Source: a candidate division FCPU426 bacterium
GTDB taxonomy: Bacteria; Oederibacteriota; Muellerivitia; Muellerivitales; Muellerivitaceae
Direction: 5' to 3'
Assembly: GCA_963796105.1 (NCBI GenBank)
Contig: CAWCKJ010000004.1
Location: 448,001-512,000, forward strand
DNA: 64,000 nt
The notes beneath the pieces are model-generated. The model was given only the letters and a program-made list of their open reading frames with translations. It was not told the DNA's origin and did not search any database. The position numbers were made by a program, and so were the translations under genes. Positions 29,597 through 39,777 of the stretch are shown here, piece by piece. Each line of letters begins with the position of its first letter. Position 1 is the stretch's first letter.

Positions 29597-30850
29597 ATGG
29601 ATATTACGGAACTGAAGCAGAAAAATATCGTCGAGTTGACGGAAGTTGCCAGGGGGTTGAAGATCGAGGCCGCCGGCGCCATGAAAAAACAGGATTTGAT
29701 ATTCAAAATCCTGGAAACCCAAGGAAACGGGGTCATCAACGCCGAGGGGGTCCTGGAAATCCTTCCTGACGGTTTCGGCTTCTTAAGGTCGGTCAACTAC
29801 AGTTACCTGCCGGGTCCTGATGACATATACGTCGCCTCATCCCAGATCCGAAGGTTCAATTTAAGAACCGGCGACACAGTCGCCGGCCAAATCCGCCCGC
29901 CCAGGGAAGGCGAAAGATATTTCGCGATCTTGAAAGTTGAGAGCGTCAATTTCGAACCCCCTGAGGCCATTCAGAAAAAAGTCCTGTTCGACAACCTCAC
30001 CCCCATTTACCCCGACAAACGGATTTGGCTGGAAACAACCCAGGAAGACCTTTCCATGAGGATCATGGATCTCCTGATTCCCCTGGGAAAGGGCCAGAGG
30101 GGATTGATCGTGTCACCCCCTCGCGCCGGAAAAACCATCTTGCTTCAGAAAATAGCTAACAGCATTACCAAGAACCATCCCGAGGTCGTTTTGATCGTTC
30201 TTTTAATCGATGAGCGTCCTGAGGAAGTCACGGATATGCAGCGCTCCGTCAAGGGAGAGGTTGTCTCGTCCACTTTCGATGAACCGCCGGAGCGCCATGT
30301 CGCGGTCGCGGAAATCATCATTGAGAAAGCCAAAAGGCTGGTGGAGCATAAAAAGGACGTGGTAATTCTCCTGGACTCCATCACCCGCCTGGGCCGGGCC
30401 TATAACACGATCGTCCCCCCCTCCGGGAAAATTTTATCAGGTGGCGTGGATTCCAACGCCCTCCAACGGCCAAAGCGTTTCTTCGGGGCCGCCCGGGGCA
30501 TGGAAGAAGGCGGCAGTTTGACCATTATCGCCACCGCCCTCATCGACACGGGAAGCCGGATGGATGAGGTGATTTTTGAGGAATTCAAGGGCACGGGCAA
30601 CATGGAAATCATCCTGGACCGGAAACTCGCGGACCGGCGTGTTTTCCCGGCTTTTGACATAACCCGGTCCGGAACTCGACGGGAGGAACTCCTTTTAACC
30701 GAGGAGGAACTAAACAAAATTTGGATTTTGCGGAAAATTCTAAGCCCAAATAACCCTGTCGAGGCGATGGAATTCCTCTTGGATAAAATGAGGCGGACGA
30801 AAACCAACAAGGCCTTTTTGGAATCAATGAAGGGGAACGTGGAGCTTTAA
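29597..30850 (+). CDS. rho: Transcription termination factor Rho
   Basis: [48 protein letters not shown]. Confidence 0.98.
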   Translation: MDITELKQKNIVELTEVARGLKIEAAGAMKKQDLIFKILETQGNGVINAEGVLEILPDGFGFLRSVNYSYLPGPDDIYVASSQIRRFNLRTGDTVAGQIRPPREGERYFAILKVESVNFEPPEAIQKKVLFDNLTPIYPDKRIWLETTQEDLSMRIMDLLIPLGKGQRGLIVSPPRAGKTILLQKIANSITKNHPEVVLIVLLIDERPEEVTDMQRSVKGEVVSSTFDEPPERHVAVAEIIIEKAKRLVEHKKDVVILLDSITRLGRAYNTIVPPSGKILSGGVDSNALQRPKRFFGAARGMEEGGSLTIIATALIDTGSRMDEVIFEEFKGTGNMEIILDRKLADRRVFPAFDITRSGTRREELLLTEEELNKIWILRKILSPNNPVEAMEFLLDKMRRTKTNKAFLESMKGNVEL

Positions 30851-30968
30851 ACCGCGGGTCAGTTCCGGCATTGAATATATTTTTCTAGCGCGGCCCTCTT
30901 TTCCAATGGATTAAAATGGTTTATTAATATTGCTTTGAAATTGTGTCTTTGTTAAGAAATAACCCTCC

Positions 30969-31544
30969 ATGATCACAACCACCCACATCCTGTTGAACAC
31001 GGCTATCCTGGGCCGCAAGAAGAACCCCGAGCGGAATTGGGCCTTGATCCTGGGCTCCTTCATTCCCGATTCGCCCATGATTTTTTATTTCATCGTTCTT
31101 TTCTTCAACCAATGGCGCTTCGCCGGCACGGGAAAAAACGCCCTCTCCGAGTTCCACTACCGTTTGCTTTGGGTGGATTGGGCCCATTCCCTCCCCCTGG
31201 CCGCAGGGGGAATGCTTCTTTGCTTGTTGCTGAAATACCGGAAAGCCGTCTATGTTTTCGCGGCCATGGCCCTGCATGACCTGGAAGACCTACCAGTTCA
31301 CGCGGATTTCGTCCACCGCCATTTCCTTCCCTTGAGCAACTGGCGTTTTTTCAGCCCCATTTCCTTTTGGGACCCGAACCATTACGGCAATTACTTCGCC
31401 CCCTTCGAGTGGTTCCTCGTTCTTCTTTCAACCATCCTGCTTTGGCGAAGAGGTCTCAAGCCTCCGGCGCAGGTGGCCTTGATCCTCATCTGCGTATTTC
31501 ACGGGCTCTGGCTGCTTTACTCCTACGCAGGATTGCGCTGGTAA
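30969..31544 (+). CDS. Membrane metal-dependent hydrolase-like protein
   Basis: N-terminal TH, GSFIPD, HS, LH..ED...H motifs with TM helices. Confidence 0.6.
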   Translation: MITTTHILLNTAILGRKKNPERNWALILGSFIPDSPMIFYFIVLFFNQWRFAGTGKNALSEFHYRLLWVDWAHSLPLAAGGMLLCLLLKYRKAVYVFAAMALHDLEDLPVHADFVHRHFLPLSNWRFFSPISFWDPNHYGNYFAPFEWFLVLLSTILLWRRGLKPPAQVALILICVFHGLWLLYSYAGLRW

Positions 31545-31574
31545 AACTTCCAACCAAAACCTAATTCCACCACA

Positions 31575-31648
31575 TGCCAGCCTTCAATAAAACTTTTAAT
31601 GGGGCTGGTATTGTACCGATCTCAATATCACTTAATGGGAGATCGGCA
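31575..31648 (+). mobile_element. Double-hairpin mini-element C, copy 5
   Basis: CA|TGCCAGCC...GGCTGGTA TTG TACCGATCT...AGATCGGCA|CA inside CACCACAGGGACAC repeat. Confidence 0.82.
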
Positions 31649-31869
31649 CAGGGACACAAAGACACCGCTAAAAATTTTTAAGAGATTGTCCCTATCGGCC
31701 AAAAAACGCCTTTGGGCCGCCACTTGGCCGGGGCCTAAAACCAGCCGGTCACTGGCTCTTCATTTGAAGGACGGAGCTCTGTGACCCTGTGGAAAAAAAT
31801 TTGTTAAATGCTAAAAATAATAAGCTGGGTCCCTGGGTCTCTGAGGTGAGATTGGGTTTGTGGGAGCTT

Positions 31870-32745
31870 CTAGTCTTTTTTGCGGAGTAAAGAGGACGAC
31901 TCGTTATCCAAGGCGAACAGCAGTTTACCGTCCGTGGGGCGAAGGTACTGAACAGGGTATTTCGGCGGGTCCGAGGGTCCTTCCAACGCGTTCTTTAATA
32001 TTTCAGCCTTCTTTTTGCCTGTCGCGAGGACCCATACCAGCCTGGAGGCGTTCAACACCGGGAAAGTCAAGGTGACTCTTTCCTTCCTCTTGGCGTCCAC
32101 GAAATATCCGTCCACCCAATGCTTCTGCTCGTTGAGCTGTGGGACCCCGGGGAAAAGGCTCGCGGTATGCCCGTCCTCCCCCACGCCCAATAGGCACAAA
32201 TCGAAACGGGGTAACTCGGTCTGTCCGAAAAACTTCTTAAGTTTTCTCTCGTAATGGTAGGCCGCCTGGTCCACCGGCATCGTTGGGAAGCCGGCTGGAA
32301 ATAGGTTGGTCTTGGGAATAAGCGCCTTGTTGAGAAGGTAATCCTGGGCCAGCTTATAGTTGCTTTCCGGGCTGTCCAAAGGCACGTGGCGCTCGTCAGC
32401 CCAAAAGATAAAGGTCTTGGCCCAGGGCATCAGGTTGACATAGGGCTCCTCGGCGAGTTGTTGGTAAAGCGGCTTGGGGGTCTCTCCGCCTGAAAGCGCC
32501 AGGATAAACCGGCCCCTGGCATCCACCGCCTCCCGGGCCGCCATCATGACCAAGGGGGCCATTTCCTCGTAAAGATTTCCCGTACTGGGAAAAATTTTTA
32601 TTTCAGGATAAAATTTATTTTTTTTAGATTTTGAAACGGGTGCCTTGGCGGTTTTCGGAGGGGAAGACGCGGTTTTTTTCTCTTTCGGCTTCTTCTCGGC
32701 TTTTTTCTTGGGAAGGGTCTCAATATTCTTCTTTGTTGGACTCAT
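31870..32745 (-). CDS. pgl: 6-phosphogluconolactonase with Lys-rich N-terminal tail
   Basis: ALSGGETP, DERHVP, ESNY, LLGVGEDGHTASLFP, RVTLT. Confidence 0.93.
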   Translation of the reverse strand: MSPTKKNIETLPKKKAEKKPKEKKTASSPPKTAKAPVSKSKKNKFYPEIKIFPSTGNLYEEMAPLVMMAAREAVDARGRFILALSGGETPKPLYQQLAEEPYVNLMPWAKTFIFWADERHVPLDSPESNYKLAQDYLLNKALIPKTNLFPAGFPTMPVDQAAYHYERKLKKFFGQTELPRFDLCLLGVGEDGHTASLFPGVPQLNEQKHWVDGYFVDAKRKERVTLTFPVLNASRLVWVLATGKKKAEILKNALEGPSDPPKYPVQYLRPTDGKLLFALDNESSSLLRKKD

Positions 32746-32979
32746 AGGCTATGCCTTTCAACCGCTTGATACGGGAGGACTAAAAAATCCCCGACACCCG
32801 TGTCATCGGTTGTGAAAGGAAAAGCGGCTTCAACCGCTAATCCATTTACATTGTACCAGCCAAACTTCCCCTTTCCAACCAAAGCAAACCCTAAACATGG
32901 GCGAGGTTGCCATCAAAAATCATTTTTATGTTTTTTATCCCTCGAAAGCTAAAAAAAACACGTTAAACGAAACGGGGAC

Positions 32980-34071
32980 TCAGGAGGATTTTTCCAGGAC
33001 CGTTCCCGCCATTTGAAGGGTCTTGTTCCAGACCAGGTCCGGTTCCAGGTGCCTGAAACCCTCGTTGAGAAGTTCGTTGCTGTGGAGATGCTGGAAGGTG
33101 ACCGCCCGCGAGGATCCTTCCAAGGGTCCGACCTTGGATTGGACCGACACGCAATGGGGGTCCTTGTCCCTCATGACCGTGAATAAGCCGGGGTTCTCCC
33201 CGCCTGTGGCGATCCGGACGGAAAAAATCCTGTCCCTTTTGACGTCATGGACAGGAACCGGCTTCAAAAAAACCTCCACCGGTCCGTGGGGACCCTCAAA
33301 GCGGAGTTCGTCCTTAAACTCGAATATTCGAGGCCCCTTGTATTTCCAACCTAATTGGGAAGCCAGCCAGCAGGCCAGGTAAAAGCTCCTCGTGGGCTGG
33401 GTTCCCTCCCCGTATTCCACCGTGAACCTTTGGATCTCGGGGATGAACCGGGCCCACTCCCCGTCGAACAACTCCGCGATGAGAGCCCTCCACCTGTGGA
33501 TTCGAAGCCAGTTCAAGTCACCCAGGATAGTATCCGGGTGAAGGGATTCCCATTTAGCCGATAAGAAAGCGAGGGTGGGAATCACCCGGCTGAACCGGGA
33601 GGAATCCACCCAGGCGCGGATGGCCTCGTCGGCCATGTGGTGAAAAAAAGAATGGTCCGTGGGCAGGTCCCCGGTCCACCAGAACTCCACCGGAAGGTCA
33701 GGCACCAATAGGGAAAAAGTGAACCCATAGAGGTTCTCGATGGCCTCCTCTCCCGCCTCCAATTTGATCAGGTCGCAGCAGATGCTCTTCGCGCGTCCGT
33801 TGGAAAGAACGCAATGCCCGGAGACCGAGTGCTTCAAGGGGAGGCCAGCCTCCGCGGCGGGCTTGATGAGGATATAACGCCCCGGATGGGACTCCACCAG
33901 ATCGTTTAAAATCCGCTCCACCCGCTCGCCGTCATCGGCGCTGGGAACGTAAGCCACGAGGTTGGTGGTATAGATCCTCTGCAAACCCAGGTCCTTCGTC
34001 TTGTCCTGGGGACCCGGTTTCCAGAGGTCGGATAACTCCTTTTCCACTTCCTGGGCCGAGAGAGGGCTCAT
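32980..34071 (-). CDS. opcA: OpcA glucose-6-phosphate dehydrogenase assembly protein
   Basis: ATGA overlap with the zwf stop; HPGR, LLVPDLPV..WW, VDS, DLNW.R...WR, WLAS.LGW. Confidence 0.88.
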   Translation of the reverse strand: MSPLSAQEVEKELSDLWKPGPQDKTKDLGLQRIYTTNLVAYVPSADDGERVERILNDLVESHPGRYILIKPAAEAGLPLKHSVSGHCVLSNGRAKSICCDLIKLEAGEEAIENLYGFTFSLLVPDLPVEFWWTGDLPTDHSFFHHMADEAIRAWVDSSRFSRVIPTLAFLSAKWESLHPDTILGDLNWLRIHRWRALIAELFDGEWARFIPEIQRFTVEYGEGTQPTRSFYLACWLASQLGWKYKGPRIFEFKDELRFEGPHGPVEVFLKPVPVHDVKRDRIFSVRIATGGENPGLFTVMRDKDPHCVSVQSKVGPLEGSSRAVTFQHLHSNELLNEGFRHLEPDLVWNKTLQMAGTVLEKSS

Positions 34072-35609
34072 AAACGCCGCCATTTCCGCCAGGGTTCCCC
34101 CGGCAGGCTGTCCGCGGAAACCGGGCCCCAGGTGCCGGCCTCGTAATTGGGAAAAGCCTCCTCCGGCGGTTTGGATTCCCACTCGTCGAAGATCGGCATC
34201 AAGGCTCCCCAAGCCGCCTCGGTCTCGTCTCCCCGGATGAAAAGCGTGGCGTCGCCCAGCATGCAGTCCAACAGAAGGCGCTCGTAAGCCTCGGAGGTTC
34301 CCTCCACGAAGGTGGTGTTGTAGCGGAAGTCCATGTTGACGGTGCGCGCCTCCAGGGTGATGCCTGGAACCTTCGTCTCGAACTTGAGGGTGATACCCTC
34401 ATCCGGCTGGATGCGCACCACCAGGATATTGGGCGCCATCTCGCTGAGGTTTCCCTTGAACAGCAAGTTGGGCGGCTGTTTGAATTGGATGGCCACCTCA
34501 GTGGCCCGCTTGGGCATGCGTTTCCCGGATCGAAGCAGGAAGGGCACCCCGTGCCAGCGCCAGGTATCGAGATGAAGTTTCACCGCCGCGAAAGTGGGGG
34601 TGTTGGATTTTGGGTCCACTCCCGGCTCCTCGCGGTAGCCCGGAACTTTTTCTCCGGCCAGGAAACCAGGGCCGTATTGCCCCCTGGCCGCAAACTGATG
34701 GATGGTGTCCCCCTTGAAGGGATGGATGGATTGAAGGACCTTCAACTTCTCGTCACGGATGGGGTCGGCAGCGAAATCCACCGGAGGCTCCATGGCGACC
34801 AGGGAAAGCACCTGCAATAGGTGGTTCTGGAACATGTCCCGAAGGACGCCGGAAGACTCGTAGTACCCAGCCCGGCTCCCCACTCCCAGGTCCTCGGCGG
34901 CGGTGATTTGGACGTGGTCCACGTAACGCCGGTCCCAAATAGGCTCGAAGATGGAATTACCGAAGCGCATGATGAGGAGGTTCTGGACCGTTTCCTTGCC
35001 TAGGTAATGGTCGATGCGGTAAACCTGGTTCTCCTTGAAGGATTCCCTTACTTTCCCGTTTAATTCCTTGGCGGACTTGAGGTCCCGGCCGAAAGGTTTC
35101 TCGATGACGACGCGGGCGTAGCCCTTTTCCTCCCGAGCCAAACCCGTGGCTCCCAGGTGGACCAGGATTGTCTCGAAAACGTTGGGCGGGGTGGAGAGGT
35201 AATAAATCCGGTTCCCCAGGGTTCCGTTCTTCTTGTCCAATTCCCCAAGGATTTTGGAAAGCTCTTGGTAGGTCTGGGGATCGTCGTAACCGCCGGATAG
35301 GTAATGGAAATTCCGGGAGAAACTCTCCCAAAGGGAATGGGACAAACCAGGCTCGCTCTCCCTCAGGCTTTCCTTGAGTTTTTCCTTGAACTCCTCATCG
35401 CTGACGCGGGACCTGGAGAGCCCCACGAGGTTGAAAGAGGAAGGAAGAAGATGCTTTTTGAACAAGTCGAAAAGGGCGGGAATGAGCTTTCGATGGGTCA
35501 AGTCCCCGGAAGCCCCGAAGATCACCAAACTGCAGGGGGCCGGCATGCGGTCGTTGAACAAACCTTCGCGAAGGGGATTTTCCAATGGAGTCCGGTCGGA
35601 CATAGCCAC
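34068..35609 (-). CDS. zwf: Glucose-6-phosphate 1-dehydrogenase
   Basis: GASGDL..RKL, EKPFG, RIDHYLGKE, RSGKR, AYERL. Confidence 0.97.
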   Translation of the reverse strand: MAMSDRTPLENPLREGLFNDRMPAPCSLVIFGASGDLTHRKLIPALFDLFKKHLLPSSFNLVGLSRSRVSDEEFKEKLKESLRESEPGLSHSLWESFSRNFHYLSGGYDDPQTYQELSKILGELDKKNGTLGNRIYYLSTPPNVFETILVHLGATGLAREEKGYARVVIEKPFGRDLKSAKELNGKVRESFKENQVYRIDHYLGKETVQNLLIMRFGNSIFEPIWDRRYVDHVQITAAEDLGVGSRAGYYESSGVLRDMFQNHLLQVLSLVAMEPPVDFAADPIRDEKLKVLQSIHPFKGDTIHQFAARGQYGPGFLAGEKVPGYREEPGVDPKSNTPTFAAVKLHLDTWRWHGVPFLLRSGKRMPKRATEVAIQFKQPPNLLFKGNLSEMAPNILVVRIQPDEGITLKFETKVPGITLEARTVNMDFRYNTTFVEGTSEAYERLLLDCMLGDATLFIRGDETEAAWGALMPIFDEWESKPPEEAFPNYEAGTWGPVSADSLPGEPWRKWRRL

Positions 35610-35694
35610 CTCAGGTTCAAATCATACAGCAAAAGCCAGATATCCACTTTAAAGTTGATAAACCATCAAAAGCAAGGATAGAAACCTTCTTCCA

Positions 35695-36732
35695 TTACCG
35701 GATCGTTTGGATCTTTTCCCTCACTTGGGCTAAAAACGAGTCCGGCAGGGGGACATAGGAACATTCACTCACGAGTTTCTGTCCATCGGCTCCCGAAACC
35801 CATTGAAGAAAATCAGCAAACGCCTTGCTGCGGGCTGGGTTATGGACAACCTTGGAATTTTCCTGGTAGGTCATGAGCCACATAAAGGTGCAGAGAGGAT
35901 AGGCTGCGGGACTGCGGGAGCGGGTCAAGAACACCTTGAGGTCATCCGGCAGGTTGACCAAGTCCGAGGTGGAAGCCTGTATGGACTCAACCGAGGGCGC
36001 CACGAATTTTCCCGCGTCATTCTTGACCTCGGCCGTCGGCAACCTTTTTTGGGCGGCATAGGAGTACTCCAGGACAGCCAGGGTCCCAGGATAGAGGCGC
36101 AATCTTGCCAGGACTTTGTCGTTCCCCTTCACGTGTTTCCCCACGGGCCAGTGCAGGTTCTTGTCCTTCTCGCGCCGAAGGGTCCACTTGAAATCCAGCT
36201 TGGAAAGGAAGAAAGGGAGGAAATCACGCAGGGTGTTTTGGCGCTCCTCCCGCGCGACCTGGATGTCCATGTCGGGCAGGGCGACGCCCGGATTCAAGGC
36301 CGTCAGGGTCGGATCGTTCCACTTGTTGACGGTTCCGTCGAGGATAGAGGATAAAACCAACGGGGAAATCTTGAGACCTGGCTGGATTCCCGGCAGGTTA
36401 TAGGTGACAACCAAGGCTTCCAGGGCCAGGGGCAGGTTGATCGGTCCCCGGCTCCGGACCTTGTTTTCCTCCTGGGTGGTCAAAGGTGTTTCCAAGACGG
36501 CGAAATCTGCCCCCTTCCCGAGCCATTGATTGACCGCGTCGGAAGCGCCCTTGGCATCGAACTTGACCTTGAGTCCCGAATGGCTTTGCGCGTATTCACC
36601 CAACCAGCGGGCGCATAGGGGAGCCGCAATATAAGAGACGGAGCCTTTCAATTCCAAACCCGCCGAGGCTTTACCAACTAAGATAAAGGAAACAACGAAT
36701 CCAAAAAACGCTGATTTTAATGTGGATTTCAC
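35695..36732 (-). CDS. Divergent PstS-like periplasmic binding protein (orphan)
   Basis: YNLPG, G.V.KWNDP....LNPG..LP, KGND.V, AYPL..F.W match the PstS scaffold; phosphate-binding motifs are altered. Confidence 0.75.
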   Translation of the reverse strand: MKSTLKSAFFGFVVSFILVGKASAGLELKGSVSYIAAPLCARWLGEYAQSHSGLKVKFDAKGASDAVNQWLGKGADFAVLETPLTTQEENKVRSRGPINLPLALEALVVTYNLPGIQPGLKISPLVLSSILDGTVNKWNDPTLTALNPGVALPDMDIQVAREERQNTLRDFLPFFLSKLDFKWTLRREKDKNLHWPVGKHVKGNDKVLARLRLYPGTLAVLEYSYAAQKRLPTAEVKNDAGKFVAPSVESIQASTSDLVNLPDDLKVFLTRSRSPAAYPLCTFMWLMTYQENSKVVHNPARSKAFADFLQWVSGADGQKLVSECSYVPLPDSFLAQVREKIQTIR

Positions 36733-36954
36733 TTATGAATTCCCCTTTTTAAAGTTGAAAGCCTGTCTCTCCGGTTTATGAATGCCGGGAAAACAGGCCC
36801 AAAGATTGCCACGAAGGCGGGAGCCAGTCAACGCAAACTTTTAAGATTGTTGAAACATGTTTGGTTTAAAATCGTCATATAAACAAGCGCCCACCAGCTT
36901 TCAGGTCGGCAAACGGCTTCCACCTTTGATCCAAGTCTAAAGGAGCGATTCTCA

Positions 36955-37950
36955 ATGAGTCACCCATACAGTTTATCCCTGACGCCGCTCGTTCTAGCGA
37001 TACTCTTGGGCATGGCGCCCTATGACAGCGCCGCGTCCGTGACAACTCCATCCGAAAGTAAAAATTCCCAAACCGCCCCTAATTCCGCAACCACCCAGGC
37101 GGATGATGAAGCGTCCGAGGATGTGAAACTACTGGATCAACTGGAAGGGGAGGTAAATCCCTTTACCCCCCATTGGACCGGAAAGATAGGCCTCAGCTAT
37201 TCAAACCAGCCCAGCCAGGCTGGCCAGGGCCAGATCACGAAGGAAACGAGTTTTACCGGCACTTACAGTTTCACCGAGGGGGGCCATTACACTTCCTTGG
37301 GCCTGGTCGGCGGCCAGCAGAAAACGGAAGGAACGGACACGGATTACGGGGAGCTGTCTTTGGAGGGCGGATTGGGGCTGGATTTCTTTCTTCCTTCCTT
37401 GAATTTGATGATGCAAAGGGGCTCTTCCGCCCTTCAATCCGACACAGCCACCTTGACCTTGGGTTTCATGCTTTGGGAACCATTAGAGGCAGGAATGACC
37501 TTGTCGGGAGGTTTGGACAGCCACCAGGGAACCGTGTCCCAGGTCTTGGGCACAACCACTAAACTGGCCCAAAAGTTCGCCGACAAAATCGTGGAAATCG
37601 ACGGTGGAAATTTAACCCCTGGTATCTTCTTGAATTATACTCCGGCGGATTTCCTGACCTTGACCTTATCGAGCCAGCAGGCTTACGACGATACTTACCA
37701 GGTCCAGAATGTCACCCATACGGTGGTAATAAGTTTGAATCAAGAGGACAGGGTCCGGTCTATCACCTTGGGTGCAAACATTACATTTCTAAAGAACTTC
37801 GAGTTGGACTTATCAGGTCAATCGGGCCAGGAAGATTATCCCGCCGGCACTGTTTACAGCCTCATACTGGGCAAAACCGTGACCTACAACACTCCCACCA
37901 GCCAGCCTTTCAAGGGATTCTCTTTTGCCCTGAATTACAATATCGATTAG
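36955..37950 (+). CDS. Secreted, probable outer-membrane beta-barrel protein
   Basis: Signal peptide; alternating hydrophobic beta-strand pattern; aromatic C-terminal strand FSFALNY. Confidence 0.55.
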   Translation: MSHPYSLSLTPLVLAILLGMAPYDSAASVTTPSESKNSQTAPNSATTQADDEASEDVKLLDQLEGEVNPFTPHWTGKIGLSYSNQPSQAGQGQITKETSFTGTYSFTEGGHYTSLGLVGGQQKTEGTDTDYGELSLEGGLGLDFFLPSLNLMMQRGSSALQSDTATLTLGFMLWEPLEAGMTLSGGLDSHQGTVSQVLGTTTKLAQKFADKIVEIDGGNLTPGIFLNYTPADFLTLTLSSQQAYDDTYQVQNVTHTVVISLNQEDRVRSITLGANITFLKNFELDLSGQSGQEDYPAGTVYSLILGKTVTYNTPTSQPFKGFSFALNYNID

Positions 37951-38167
37951 AGAAACAGCTAAGCTGAATCCGGTTTAAAAAAGGGCTCCCCAACCGGCTT
38001 GTTATTCTTTTTCGAAACCTGACCCGATGCTTGATTTTAAGTTCCCGAAAAATAATGAATTTGCCTTAAGAAACGTTAAATTTACCGGCTTATCCCATGC
38101 AACTTTTCCACCCCTCTGGGACGTCTAATAGGTTGGATTCGGAAATTAAATCATCACGGAGGAAGTC

Positions 38168-38551
38168 ATGAGAATATTGAGTGTTTTAGCTTTGGCCTTG
38201 CTGTTCCTGGCACCAGCCGGTTTTGTCTTAGCCGACGGAACCCAATCCCCGGCTATCCGCCCGATGGCGGGTCGCCCCCATCCCCGCATCCACGAGATAC
38301 ATTGGCGCATGAGAAACCAAATGCTCCGCATCCGGGAAGGGGTTAAATCCGGCAAGCTTACAAAGGCTCAGGCCCAGGCCCTTCACCAGCAGTTGAAACA
38401 AATCCAGGAGGAGATGCAGGCCGATTTCAAGGCGAACGGCAAAAGGGAATTGACCGAGGACCAGCTCAAGCAGCTCAACCAGCAGTTGAATGAGATATCC
38501 AAGAGCATTTACGACGAGAAAAACCCCGAGCCGGCCCCGCCTACTCAATAA
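38168..38551 (+). CDS. Secreted helical hypothetical protein
   Basis: Signal peptide; RI.EGVKSGKLT..QA repeat-like helices; GGAGG RBS. Confidence 0.65.
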   Translation: MRILSVLALALLFLAPAGFVLADGTQSPAIRPMAGRPHPRIHEIHWRMRNQMLRIREGVKSGKLTKAQAQALHQQLKQIQEEMQADFKANGKRELTEDQLKQLNQQLNEISKSIYDEKNPEPAPPTQ

Positions 38552-38576
38552 TCGCCGTTAATAAATAACGTCGTTG

Positions 38577-38612
38577 AAAGCCGGGTGATTTAATAGATCG
38601 CCCGGCTTTTTT
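38577..38612. terminator. Bidirectional intrinsic terminator
   Basis: AAAGCCGGGTGAT...ATCGCCCGGCTTTTTT between convergent genes. Confidence 0.8.
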
Positions 38613-38634
38613 ATTTATGTGCCCACCAAAATTT

Positions 38635-39777
38635 TTAAAACCCGTTAAATTTCTGGTCGTATCCCGTCAGTTCCATGTAACCCTCGCCCTGGAGGGGTTT
38701 GCTCCCCTTTTTTCCCCTCACGCTAATTGATCCTTCCCAATAAACCAACCTGGTGCTTTGAGTAGTGTCGAGTTCCTGGTCGGGAAAATCCGCCGAGGTC
38801 TCAAAGTCCAGGTGAAGCGACGGAACCCCGATTTTCCATTGGATGGGATAGACGGCTCCCGTACGGGAACTCTTCCAGGTTTTAAGGACTTCCGTTTGGA
38901 TTTCCTTGCTGTCCAAATGGATGAATTTGCCTTTGGCGTCCACATAGGTCCCGCTGGAAGCGGGATGAATCGCGCCGTCTTTCATGCGGACGCGGTAAAG
39001 CATCAATTCCGTGGAATCCGAAAATTGAAGGCCAAACCAGTCCCACCCAGTCTCATCTGGGTCCATTTTCCCCGAGAAGAACTCATGGTCCATCCAGGCC
39101 TTCCCTGACACCTGATGCTCCTGGGCGCCCACCCGAAGGGTTCCTTGGGCCAATAACAGGGGGAGGGAAAAATATTGGGAGACGTTTCCGGGGGAGGAGC
39201 CTTTCCGGCTGTATCCTTTGATCCCGTGGAAAATGACGGGAATGGTCGATTGGACCTTTAAATCCAACCCGAAGGAGTCTCCTTGCGCAGTCAAGTGGTG
39301 GGAGGAACCTTCCCGAAGAACCCTCCAGTCCTCGTTCTGGGTGTCCAAAGCGCTGACCTTGGCCCCCGCCAAACCCGGCCCGGGCCTGTTCATTTTTTCC
39401 TCGTACCAAAATTTCCGGTTTTTCAGGTCAGAGACGGCGAAATGGGCGAAATAAAGATCCTTGGCCGCGAAGGAGGATGTGTTTCGCGCGGCCGGATCCA
39501 GCCCCACCCGGAAAAAGGTCAACTCAAAGCCATAACGGTTCCCCTCCTCGGTTTGAAGATGCCCTGTGTAATACCACCATTCGGTCTGGTAATCCGGGTG
39601 GCTCCCGAAATCGCGGGGAAACAACCAGGCATAGCCAGGCTTTGCAGGAAGATAACTTTTTCCAAAAGGTGTTCCACCCAAACTTTTTCTCGCCGGAGCC
39701 ATAGCTAGGGTTAAAAACAGGATGAACCAGATTCGAGGAATAAAAGAAAAGCATAAAGATTTTTTCGCCGATGTCAT
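38635..39777 (-). CDS. AttH/CrtC-like lipocalin-fold secreted hydrolase
   Basis: FPRDFGSHPDYQTEWWYYTG, WMDHEF, GWDWF, YWEG, GYMELTGY; ATGA overlap with the permease. Confidence 0.85.
   Translation of the reverse strand: MTSAKKSLCFSFIPRIWFILFLTLAMAPARKSLGGTPFGKSYLPAKPGYAWLFPRDFGSHPDYQTEWWYYTGHLQTEEGNRYGFELTFFRVGLDPAARNTSSFAAKDLYFAHFAVSDLKNRKFWYEEKMNRPGPGLAGAKVSALDTQNEDWRVLREGSSHHLTAQGDSFGLDLKVQSTIPVIFHGIKGYSRKGSSPGNVSQYFSLPLLLAQGTLRVGAQEHQVSGKAWMDHEFFSGKMDPDETGWDWFGLQFSDSTELMLYRVRMKDGAIHPASSGTYVDAKGKFIHLDSKEIQTEVLKTWKSSRTGAVYPIQWKIGVPSLHLDFETSADFPDQELDTTQSTRLVYWEGSISVRGKKGSKPLQGEGYMELTGYDQKFNGF

Noticed and set aside
34072..34212. ORF-track extensions of opcA (also attH 39778-40020, queG 46514-46660, istB 63727-63765)
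   Set aside because: They overlap upstream genes; coupled starts or RBS-supported starts lie downstream.
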